From an uncultured Dysgonomonas sp. (GTDB lineage: Bacteria; Bacteroidota; Bacteroidia; Bacteroidales; Dysgonomonadaceae): 32,000 nucleotides of DNA. The notes beneath the pieces were generated by a model that searched no databases, had not been told where the DNA came from, and saw nothing but the letters and a program-made list of their open reading frames with translations. Positions 8,951 through 17,200 of the stretch are shown here, piece by piece (position 1 is the first letter of the stretch; every line of letters begins with the position of its first letter). The DNA lies in contig NZ_CAKUOF010000022.1 in assembly GCF_934668725.1 (NCBI RefSeq), positions 4,562 through 36,561 of the forward strand, read 5' to 3'. The position numbers were made by a program, and so were the translations under genes.

Positions 8951-9922
8951 TCAACATATATTATCCCACACAATATTGTTTTCGATTCCCGATGTATAAT
9001 ATACTTTATACTCGCCTTCTTCATCACATATAAATAAAGCATCTAGGTCGGGGTACTTTTCGATCCACTCCATAGCTTTATCCAGACCTCCTACCATAAA
9101 TGCGGTGGCAAATGCATCTGCGGTAATAGCATCATTGGCAATTACAGTAGTAGACAATAGATTATGCCTTACAGGATATCCTGTTGCAGGATTAATGGTA
9201 TGAGTCACCTTGTTACCGTTTTCGATATAAAACTGACGATAATTGCCGGATGTAGCGATCCCCCTATCTGTTATCTGCAATATTGCCTGTAAATCTTGTC
9301 CGGGAACAGGATTATTTTCAGACGGACGATCAATACCAATTCTCCAAGGCTCTCCTTGTGTATTACAACCTCGTAACCGAATCTCTCCCCCTATTTCTAC
9401 CAGATAGTCAAAACAATGTTGTTTTTCGAGATAAGAAGCAACAATATCTGCCGAATAACCTTTTGCAATAGCATTAGCATTTAGTAAAACTGTGGCTGTT
9501 GATTTTATAACACGCTTGTTATCTATCCAAATCTTATCCATACCAATATTTGTCTTCAGCCTATTGACTTGCTCCTCATCCGGTATACTCTTTTTCTCCG
9601 AACTAAAGCCCCAGGCTCTGAACAAAGGCTCCGCCGATATATCAAAGGTTCCCTCTGTTTGATTACTAATCTCTTTTGCTTTATTAAAAACATAGGCAAA
9701 ATAATCATCAACTTCTATGTCTTCATTCCTGTTTATTCGAGAAATAATCGAAGTCTCATCGTACACAGAAAGTGATTTTTCAAAACCAGCTAATAAGTTT
9801 TCTATATCTACACGGAAGTCTCGATTACCTTCGTATCGATATATTATGTTATAACTTGTGCCCTCAGCTCTTCCTTGGATATTGTAATAACAGGTACCAT
9901 CATCGGCTAATACTACATTCAT
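8951..9922 (-). CDS. apbE: FAD:protein FMN transferase (ApbE family)
   Basis: 323 aa; GRAEGTSYNIIYRY, DISAEPLFRAWGF, NANAIAKGYSADIVASYLE, VEIGGEIRLRGCNTQGEPWRIGIDRP, IATSGNYRQFYIENGNKVTHTINPATGYPV. No signal peptide in the annotated frame. Confidence 0.93.
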   Translation of the reverse strand: MNVVLADDGTCYYNIQGRAEGTSYNIIYRYEGNRDFRVDIENLLAGFEKSLSVYDETSIISRINRNEDIEVDDYFAYVFNKAKEISNQTEGTFDISAEPLFRAWGFSSEKKSIPDEEQVNRLKTNIGMDKIWIDNKRVIKSTATVLLNANAIAKGYSADIVASYLEKQHCFDYLVEIGGEIRLRGCNTQGEPWRIGIDRPSENNPVPGQDLQAILQITDRGIATSGNYRQFYIENGNKVTHTINPATGYPVRHNLLSTTVIANDAITADAFATAFMVGGLDKAMEWIEKYPDLDALFICDEEGEYKVYYTSGIENNIVWDNIC

Positions 9923-9956
9923 ATTTCTCTTATCATACTAATCTCAAACACTCCTG

Positions 9957-10844
9957 TTATTCGCTATAACTGGTTTTCACGAGTGGACAGCTAATCAGAT
10001 AGTCTAAACTTTTTTGGACACTCTCTATCGGTGTAAAGTTGTAATTTTCAACCTCTACAATCAGATTTTCAGTACCCGCTGCATCTGTATTTTTGAAAAT
10101 AGCATCGAAGCCTACCATACCACTTTGTCCAAGCTCTTTATTATCTTTGATATGTAATAGTTTGAAACGACCATTGTATTTATTAAAATAATCGACCGGG
10201 CTTTGCTGTCCTCTTACTACCCAATATACATCCATCTGATAAAATACATATTCGGGATCTGTATGTTCTATCATATAATCATACATTACCTGCCCTTCTA
10301 GTTTCTGAAATTCATGTGCATGATTATGGTATCCAAACAAAATTCCTTTTTCTTTACATCTTTTTCCGATCTCATTATAGTACTCGCAATAAGTTTGTAA
10401 ATCTTTGAGATTTTTGGGAACTTCCATCCAGGGAGCAACAATATAGGTCATACCGGCAGCCTTATGTGCATCGATACATTTGTCCCACCACCGGAGCGAT
10501 TCCGAAAAATCTTTAGATGCTAATTCTTTCTCAGATAATTGTTTTGACGTATGGGATGAGAGCACATTCATTCCGTTTTTTTCTATATCGGATTTAAATT
10601 CAGCCGGAGTCTTCCCATAGAACAAACCATCATTATAGTTGGCGGCTTCTACATGGGTAAACCCCATCTCTCCCACTTTTTTTAGTGTCCCCTCATAATC
10701 TTTAGAAATATCATCTCTCACCGAATAAAGCTGTAAAGCAATATCTTTTTGATTGGGAGCTAAATCTTTAGAAGTAACTTTTTGTTCAGCCATACACACT
10801 GTTGATATAAAGACAATTATTACAAATAACAAATTCTTCTTCAT
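9957..10844 (-). CDS. Secreted sugar phosphate isomerase/epimerase-like TIM barrel protein
   Basis: 295 aa; Sec signal MKKNLLFVIIVFISTVCMA, then IALQLYSVRDDISKDYEGTLKKVGEMGFTHVEAANYN, LGYHNHAHEF-type motif (LFGYHNHAHEF), LLHIKDN, IVEVENY. Confidence 0.88.
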   Translation of the reverse strand: MKKNLLFVIIVFISTVCMAEQKVTSKDLAPNQKDIALQLYSVRDDISKDYEGTLKKVGEMGFTHVEAANYNDGLFYGKTPAEFKSDIEKNGMNVLSSHTSKQLSEKELASKDFSESLRWWDKCIDAHKAAGMTYIVAPWMEVPKNLKDLQTYCEYYNEIGKRCKEKGILFGYHNHAHEFQKLEGQVMYDYMIEHTDPEYVFYQMDVYWVVRGQQSPVDYFNKYNGRFKLLHIKDNKELGQSGMVGFDAIFKNTDAAGTENLIVEVENYNFTPIESVQKSLDYLISCPLVKTSYSE

Positions 10845-10970
10845 GGCAAAAATATCAGATTATTCAATTAAAGTATCAGGCCTTTGTATTAAGTTTGATT
10901 GATGGTAGATATGTATCGTTTCTACTTTTCCATAAACCCATCTTATAAAATAGAAATGTAGTTTCATTGA

Positions 10971-11013
10971 AAAATCAAATCCACCAAAATGTTTCTTTAA
11001 TGGATTTGATTTT
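10971..11013. repeat. Intercistronic stem-loop (candidate attenuator/terminator or mRNA stability element)
   Basis: aaaatcaaatcca (10971-10983) and tggatttgatttt (11001-11013), 13-bp perfect arms with a 17-nt loop, in the 198-nt gap between the DUF1080 gene and the isomerase gene. Confidence 0.6.
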
Positions 11014-11042
11014 CAACTCTGAAAAAAATGAAAAGGATGTAT

Positions 11043-11927
11043 TTAATCTAGTATTTTTATTCTTATATTTCTAAACCACACATCATCACCATGATCCTGT
11101 AATCCGATATACCCTTCTCTTTTCTCTCCGCCACAATTATTTAGCAATTCAAATGCCAATGGCCAAGCTTCTTCGCTAAACTTACTTTTTTGAAGCATTT
11201 CAGTCCATTGTGGAGTCCAAAGATGGTATTCAAGTACATTCTCGCCATTCTGACCATGTACCACAGTACCTTTGTATACCATAACTTTAGCTTTATTCCA
11301 CTCACCAAAAGGTTTGCTATTTTGTGGGTTTGCCGCTATCATATCATATAATGATGCAGATTGGCGGTTATTATCTTTTCCTAATTTGGCATCCGGATGA
11401 TTTACATTATCCAGCACTTGATACTCAGGTGCAGAAATATAGATTGGTTCCATTTTCATTTCGCCTGTTTTATCATCTTTAGTTTCAATCTCCTGAGCCA
11501 AATAGAAAATACCGGAGTTGCCTCCTTTAGAAACTTTCCATTCCAATTCTAGTTCAAAATTTTTGAATTTAGAAGAAAATATAAGATCTCCTCCGTCTCC
11601 ATCTTGAGCTTCACCGCCTCCCGATCCATTAAATTTTATAGCACCATTGTCGATAGTCCATTTCGAAGGCACTTTGTCTTTTCCGTATCCGCGCCATCCT
11701 TTGAAGGTTTTTCCATCAAAAATAGTAATATAGCCATCTTTATCTTTAGGAAACTCTTCGAGATTAACAACAGGTTTCTCTACAACTGTATATGCAGGTG
11801 CCACTTTCTCTTCTGTTTTTTGTTCTGTACTTTGCGCTGCATTATCAGCCGTTTTTTTCTCTCCGCCACAAGCGATTAGTGTTCCGGCAATCGCAAAACA
11901 ACTCAATCTTAAAACTAACTTATTCAT
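11043..11927 (-). CDS. DUF1080 (3-keto-disaccharide hydrolase-type) lipoprotein
   Basis: 294 aa; lipobox LIACG, then DGYITIFDGKTFKGWRGYGKDKVPSKWTIDNGAIKFNG...GDLIFSSKFKNFELELEWKVSKGGNSGIFYLA...NCGGEKREGYIGLQDHGDDVWFRNIRI, the diagnostic DUF1080 pattern. Confidence 0.93.
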   Translation of the reverse strand: MNKLVLRLSCFAIAGTLIACGGEKKTADNAAQSTEQKTEEKVAPAYTVVEKPVVNLEEFPKDKDGYITIFDGKTFKGWRGYGKDKVPSKWTIDNGAIKFNGSGGGEAQDGDGGDLIFSSKFKNFELELEWKVSKGGNSGIFYLAQEIETKDDKTGEMKMEPIYISAPEYQVLDNVNHPDAKLGKDNNRQSASLYDMIAANPQNSKPFGEWNKAKVMVYKGTVVHGQNGENVLEYHLWTPQWTEMLQKSKFSEEAWPLAFELLNNCGGEKREGYIGLQDHGDDVWFRNIRIKILD

Positions 11928-12017
11928 ATATTATTTTTTTAGTAATTAAAAGCATTTAATGATGTATTCCAGAATTATACATTAATCTCCGGTTACATAT
12001 ACAATAGGCTTGCAACT

Positions 12018-13490
12018 TTATTTAGGCATATCAGGTAATTTCCATCCATCACGATAAGTATGTTTAATCAGCTCCTGAGCAAAAGCGGCTGCATTTACAG
12101 GCTCTGTCCATTTTTTATCGAAAGTAGGATGTCCGTCTTTTATCTGGAAACCATCTTTTATCACAGTTCTTATCGTTGCATCCGGATCTATATTGGTGAA
12201 CCTCATATTCGGGCCATCCCAATCCAATACCTGATTCAGACCTTGTAGTCTTATGGCAAGAACACCCATTACTACAATTTCATTAAAAGGCCCTGCTTCG
12301 CTAAACGGAGATGCTGTTTCTACTCTGTTGGATGGATCTTCTTTACAAGCTCTTACCCAATCCATCTCATGAGATGTTTTTACCTCTCTCAACACTTTTG
12401 GGGCTGACGGCACACGTCCCGAAAGTAAATAAGGGTCTTTTCCGTAACAACCGCATATCAGTGTATCTTTCGTTCCGTGGAAAATAACACCTCCTCCGTC
12501 ATCATTCAAATCTTTATTGGCAGGCATACCTTCGGGACGCATTGGTTTTAATCCTCCATCGTACCATATTACTTCTACTTCGGGCATAGCTACCTTTGGC
12601 ATATTATCTCTGGCAGGGAATACAAATTTTACCATCTGTGCATTTGGTGCACAAGCTGTTAATAGCAATGTTGAGCTTCCTTGAACTTTAGTTGGATATC
12701 CGAGTTTCAGGCCTTTAAATACAGGATGAAGAATATGGCACGCCATATCGCCTAATGCACCTGTACCAAATTCCCACCAGCCACGCCAGTTCCAGGGTGT
12801 ATATATAGAGTTGTATTCACAGAATTGTGCCGGTCCGATAAATAAATCCCAGTTTAATGTTTTAGGTACCTTTTCTACAACATCGGGGCGGTTCAATCCC
12901 TGAGGCCATATCGGACGATCGGTAAATGCTTCTACTTTTGTTATTTCTCCTATTTCCCCGTTCCATATCCATTCGCACACCTTGCGAACTCCTTCACCCG
13001 AAGATCCCTGATTACCCATTTGAGTAGCGACTTTATATTTATCGGCCAATTTGGTCAATAAGCGCGACTCGTAAACAGTATGAGTTAATGGCTTTTCGCA
13101 ATAAACATTTTTCCCCATAGTAATAGCATCGGCAGCTATTATAGCATGCGTATGATCGGCAGTTGCCACCATTACAGCATCAGCAGATTTACCCAGTTCA
13201 TCAAACATCTTTCGATAATCGTAGTATGCTTTCGCTTTAGGATAATCTTTAAAAACGTGCCCACTATATTTCCAGTCTACATCACATAAGCCAATAATGT
13301 TCTGTGTATTCATTCCTTTCAATACACCTGCTCCACGACCACCTATACCAACACCCAATATATTGAGTTTATCGCTAGGTGCCACTGAACCAAAACTTTG
13401 CCCTAAAACTGAACTTGGAATAATAGACAGTCCAATTGCTGCTTTAGCTCCCGTTTGTAAGAATTTTCTCCTAGAAATCTCTGATGCCAT
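12018..13490 (-). CDS. Gfo/Idh/MocA family oxidoreductase with canonical Tat signal
   Basis: 490 aa; MASEISRRKFLQTGAKAAIGLSIIPSSVLG (SRRKFLQ twin-arginine), GVGIGGRGAG dinucleotide-binding loop, VATADHTHAI, YCEKPLTHTVYESR. Confidence 0.95.
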   Translation of the reverse strand: MASEISRRKFLQTGAKAAIGLSIIPSSVLGQSFGSVAPSDKLNILGVGIGGRGAGVLKGMNTQNIIGLCDVDWKYSGHVFKDYPKAKAYYDYRKMFDELGKSADAVMVATADHTHAIIAADAITMGKNVYCEKPLTHTVYESRLLTKLADKYKVATQMGNQGSSGEGVRKVCEWIWNGEIGEITKVEAFTDRPIWPQGLNRPDVVEKVPKTLNWDLFIGPAQFCEYNSIYTPWNWRGWWEFGTGALGDMACHILHPVFKGLKLGYPTKVQGSSTLLLTACAPNAQMVKFVFPARDNMPKVAMPEVEVIWYDGGLKPMRPEGMPANKDLNDDGGGVIFHGTKDTLICGCYGKDPYLLSGRVPSAPKVLREVKTSHEMDWVRACKEDPSNRVETASPFSEAGPFNEIVVMGVLAIRLQGLNQVLDWDGPNMRFTNIDPDATIRTVIKDGFQIKDGHPTFDKKWTEPVNAAAFAQELIKHTYRDGWKLPDMPK

Positions 13491-13554
13491 AATCTTAATT
13501 TATTAGTTAACAATTTTGTAATTTCATATATTTCTGATACGCTAATAGTTTGTG

Positions 13555-15240
13555 TTATGCTTTCACAATTTGCTCATTATCTTTATCCCAATACATAGTA
13601 CGTCCTTCCAAATAAGCTCTTGTACCCATATGAGCCGTTATAGCTTCTTCAAACGCAGCATCTATGCCGCACGATGGTTGCAGGTTTCTGTTACGGATAC
13701 ATTCGAGCCACTCTCTAAGATGTAGAAAAGTAGTATCATACCGTTTACCTCCCATATACGAATAAAGCAACCCACGCTCGGCAAAATACAATTCAGTAGC
13801 AGATGTAATAGCATCGACCTTGCTCTGTCCGGGCACATAGGTATAAAACGGAACATCGGGTTTAATAATACCCTGCTCTATTTTTTCCTTATAACGGGTC
13901 GATCCACTGTCAATTTTCAAGGTCAACGTATTACCCACTTCCATAGATGCATCGTGCCCCATAAATACTTTGCCTCTATTGCGGTTACTGGCAAGGGTGG
14001 CACTATATAACATGGTCAGATTTTTGTCGGGAAACTCAAATACTGTTTGCAATACATCAGGAACGGTTCTGCCATCCTTAAAGAAGTACACTCCTCCCGA
14101 AGATGCAGCCGAATGAGGAATGCCCGTCCCTAGTAATTGATTTACGGCATCGTACTCATGGGTTAGTAAATCGCCACTAAGCCCGGTACTGTAATCCCAC
14201 CAGCAACGCCAGCGAAAAAAGCGCTCAAGACTGAACTTATCACGCTCGTCAGGCCCCATATATTTTGCCAAATTATTACCCAGCATATATTCATTGTATT
14301 CTTTTATTCTCTGAGGATCACCCTCAAACTGTTTCCAGTCTATTGTTTTCGGATTTGCCGTCGGGTCTATGTCGTATACCCATGCTCCGTTCGGATCGTT
14401 CCTGTTGGTACACACTTCAATAAGGGTAATCGGACCGAGCAGCCCTTTGTCTATTATTTCCTTTGCTTTGCGATAACTATCAACCTGTCTTCCTTGGTGT
14501 CCTAATTGGAAAACAACATTCGACTGACGAATAACATCTCTTACTGCATAAGTCTCGGGCACAGTCCAAGTTAAGGGCTTCTCGCAATAAACATGTTTTC
14601 CGGCTTTTGCTGCATCCATCGCCATCGTTCCATGCCAATGGTCGGGAGTGGCAATTACAACAGCATCAATATCCTCGGCAGCCAACAATTCTTTATAGTT
14701 CAAGTAGCGCTTGGGTTGAGGTCCCATTTTTCCTCCAACCACTTCTTTATATATATTGCCTCCTGCCGCAATTCCTTCTTCTGCAAAGGTGTCAAATATA
14801 TCACATATTCCCGTTATTTGAACATTGAGGCTCTCTTGTGCCAAAAAGTCTTTGTAGCGAGTATCCGATGAGTTTTCTTTTGCCTCATCTTTTAATATCT
14901 GCATACGTTCGGGAGTCGCAAACCCCAAAGCTCTTAGCAACTGCTTTCCTCTGATTCCACAGCCAATAATCCCTAAGCGAATTAACTTTCCGTCGGTCTG
15001 CATCGCAGGAACAGGTGTAGATGCATTGCTGAGGTTGAATACATCGCTTACATCTTTCAGCGTTTTAATGCTTTTTTGTTTTTTGTAGGCACCATATGCG
15101 AGAGCACCTAGAAGAGGTACTGTTGCAAGTGTTTTAATAGCATTGCGCCTTCCCTGAGATTCTGGAAAAACGTCCTCTTTATCAGATTTATTATTCTTTT
15201 TTTCTGTATTTTCCTGTGGTGTATTATCTTCTGGTATCAT
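13555..15240 (-). CDS. Gfo/Idh/MocA family oxidoreductase with N-terminal charged extension and twin-arginine segment
   Basis: 561 aa; QGRRNAIKTLATVPLLGALAYGAY after a ~30-aa hydrophilic leader; GIIGCGIRGKQL, ATPDHWHGTMAMDAAKAGKHVYCEKPLTWTVPET. Confidence 0.93.
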   Translation of the reverse strand: MIPEDNTPQENTEKKNNKSDKEDVFPESQGRRNAIKTLATVPLLGALAYGAYKKQKSIKTLKDVSDVFNLSNASTPVPAMQTDGKLIRLGIIGCGIRGKQLLRALGFATPERMQILKDEAKENSSDTRYKDFLAQESLNVQITGICDIFDTFAEEGIAAGGNIYKEVVGGKMGPQPKRYLNYKELLAAEDIDAVVIATPDHWHGTMAMDAAKAGKHVYCEKPLTWTVPETYAVRDVIRQSNVVFQLGHQGRQVDSYRKAKEIIDKGLLGPITLIEVCTNRNDPNGAWVYDIDPTANPKTIDWKQFEGDPQRIKEYNEYMLGNNLAKYMGPDERDKFSLERFFRWRCWWDYSTGLSGDLLTHEYDAVNQLLGTGIPHSAASSGGVYFFKDGRTVPDVLQTVFEFPDKNLTMLYSATLASNRNRGKVFMGHDASMEVGNTLTLKIDSGSTRYKEKIEQGIIKPDVPFYTYVPGQSKVDAITSATELYFAERGLLYSYMGGKRYDTTFLHLREWLECIRNRNLQPSCGIDAAFEEAITAHMGTRAYLEGRTMYWDKDNEQIVKA

Positions 15241-15253
15241 CGTGTTATTCAGC

Positions 15254-15739
15254 TTATTTCTTAAATAATGTATTGATATATCTATCGAATCCTATAATCT
15301 GAGAAGTAGGAAAATAGATCAAAACCATTAGGGCTCCTATCTCAATAAGGTTTTTGTCGACCCATAAATAGCTCCCTTCGGTTGGCATCATATATTCGGC
15401 TCCGATAAAAGGAGCATGCGATAAGTAATACATTGCCAGAAAGATAACGCCTCCTATAGATGCATAACGTGACAAGCATCCCAATATAAGACCTAAACCT
15501 ACAAGTATCAGCCCATAGATATTTATATTATTGACAACCGACAGTAGCGCCTGATTACTTGCTATACTATGAAAAAATGAGGAGAGAAAGCCCTGCGAGT
15601 CCATTAAATAAGGGGATGCACTCCATCCCGGGCTAATCAACTTTACAACTCCTTCATAGAGGAAATGCCATCCAATTAACAGTCTTAACAAGACCAACCA
15701 AAATGTCTGAGAACGGGTATAAATAATTTGTCTATTCAT
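15254..15739 (-). CDS. DoxX family small membrane protein
   Basis: 161 aa; LVLLRLLIGWHFLYEGVVKLISPGWSASPYL...NIYGLILVGLGLILGCLSRYASIGGVIFLAMYYLSHAPF, four-TM DoxX-like; 13 bp upstream of the oxidoreductase gene. Confidence 0.82.
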   Translation of the reverse strand: MNRQIIYTRSQTFWLVLLRLLIGWHFLYEGVVKLISPGWSASPYLMDSQGFLSSFFHSIASNQALLSVVNNINIYGLILVGLGLILGCLSRYASIGGVIFLAMYYLSHAPFIGAEYMMPTEGSYLWVDKNLIEIGALMVLIYFPTSQIIGFDRYINTLFKK

Positions 15740-16254
15740 AGATATTTAAATTCAGCAGGATTTAAATGGAAAGTTTAGTCCTACTCAAGATTAAGCATAA
15801 TTTTTATTTAGTAAAGTTATTTGTGTTTAAGTCATTCTTATTTAAGGCTAAAATTCAGCACTAAAAACTACTAGACTGATTAAACATGTCAATAAAGCTA
15901 TAGCTTTTTAAATAAAAAAACACCCTTCCGAATGTTAATAATTCACAATGCAGACTAAGACTAATCACTGTGAAAATCTACAATAAGACAAATACGTTAA
16001 AGTATGATGTATTGTATTTTGACCAATAAGTATATTTTAAGGACATTTCCGAAAAACAATCACAGACAATGCTAAGTATAGTTGTCAATATTTAGCATTT
16101 TTGAAAAATACAAATTACAAGGAACAAAACTCTATTAATCATATGCTATTAATGAAAACTTACTCAAAAGAGATTTACATTCACATGAGAGTTGATTATA
16201 TTCGGGAACAAAATAAAGCTTTTTGGACATGACAAGTGTAATACAATATAAAAA

Positions 16255-16290
16255 AGGCACAATTCTATCAAAATTGACAGAATTGTGCCT
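16255..16290 (-). terminator. Rho-independent terminator of the sigma/FecR/TonB operon
   Basis: aggcacaattct (16255-16260 + 16261-16266) / agaattgtgcct (16279-16290), 12-bp stem, followed on the minus strand by a T-tract; 22 nt past the stop codon at 16313. Confidence 0.85.
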
Positions 16291-16312
16291 GCTGACAAGC
16301 TATTGAATCGGG

Positions 16313-17122
16313 TTAATAATATGTTTCCGTGAGCCCTTTAAATGTTATCTTAATCTGTGAGCCTGAACCATAATCCGATTGAATGATTTGAGCAACAACC
16401 CTATCGTTATCGGCCATGATATCTAATTTACCGCTGATCGGGTATAAGTTCGAGAAAGATGACAACATATATATATAAGATACCGGTTCTACTATCTCAT
16501 AATGAATATTCGCAGAATTGAGTTTTAGATTCCCTTTTCCGCTTTCCACTTTAAAATCATAGAGATTAGGTGATTTATCATAGGACTTAGAGCCTTTTAC
16601 CTTCAATTCGGCATTACTCATATCATCATCCCAAAAGCTGTAACCTGAAAGTATGTTATAATATTTGAGGTTTGCTGCTATGATCTTCCAATCTTTATCT
16701 CCGGAACTTTCTACACGGAAGTTTTCGTCTTCAAAAACAATCACTCCTTTCTCCCATGCATTCGTTATCACTTTTGCAGTCCATACCGCACCAGATTCAT
16801 TGATCGATTTTTGATTATGAGTAAAAGTTATCTCACGAGTATTATCATCCAAAGTCCATGTTTTATCTGTTTTGGTAATCGTATAACGCGATAAGAAATA
16901 GTTCTTAATTCCTTCCTTCTCATCATCCGGAGCTTGTGCATAATAATCAACCTTTGTCATCAAGTCTAATAGGCATATCGACTGAGAAAGGCGACTCTCG
17001 GTATCATCATAGGCAATTTTCCCTTGTAATGTTTTAGGATACCCGCTCTGTCCCTCTTCCACTTCACAAGCTGAAAATAAAGTAACAAATAATAATGTCA
17101 GTATATAAATTATTTTTTTCAT
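16313..17122 (-). CDS. Hypothetical lipoprotein
   Basis: Track ORF is 16313..17185, but a better start is internal Met22 (17122), giving MKKIIYILTLLFVTLFSACEVEEGQ, a lipoprotein signal. No family recognised. Confidence 0.7.
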   Translation of the reverse strand: MKKIIYILTLLFVTLFSACEVEEGQSGYPKTLQGKIAYDDTESRLSQSICLLDLMTKVDYYAQAPDDEKEGIKNYFLSRYTITKTDKTWTLDDNTREITFTHNQKSINESGAVWTAKVITNAWEKGVIVFEDENFRVESSGDKDWKIIAANLKYYNILSGYSFWDDDMSNAELKVKGSKSYDKSPNLYDFKVESGKGNLKLNSANIHYEIVEPVSYIYMLSSFSNLYPISGKLDIMADNDRVVAQIIQSDYGSGSQIKITFKGLTETYY

Positions 17123-17200
17123 GTTTGTCTTGAATTTATTAATTGAAAATATTGAATGATCTATTAGCATGTTTATAAGTCTCATAAATTGGTTACATTA

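Noticed and set aside
11604-11879. 91-aa plus-strand ORF within the DUF1080 gene
   Set aside because: Antisense shadow with no RBS or domain; DUF1080 frame is convincing.
17123-17185. N-terminal 21 residues of the track ORF 16313..17185
   Set aside because: The lipoprotein signal starts at Met22; the upstream segment is probably untranslated.
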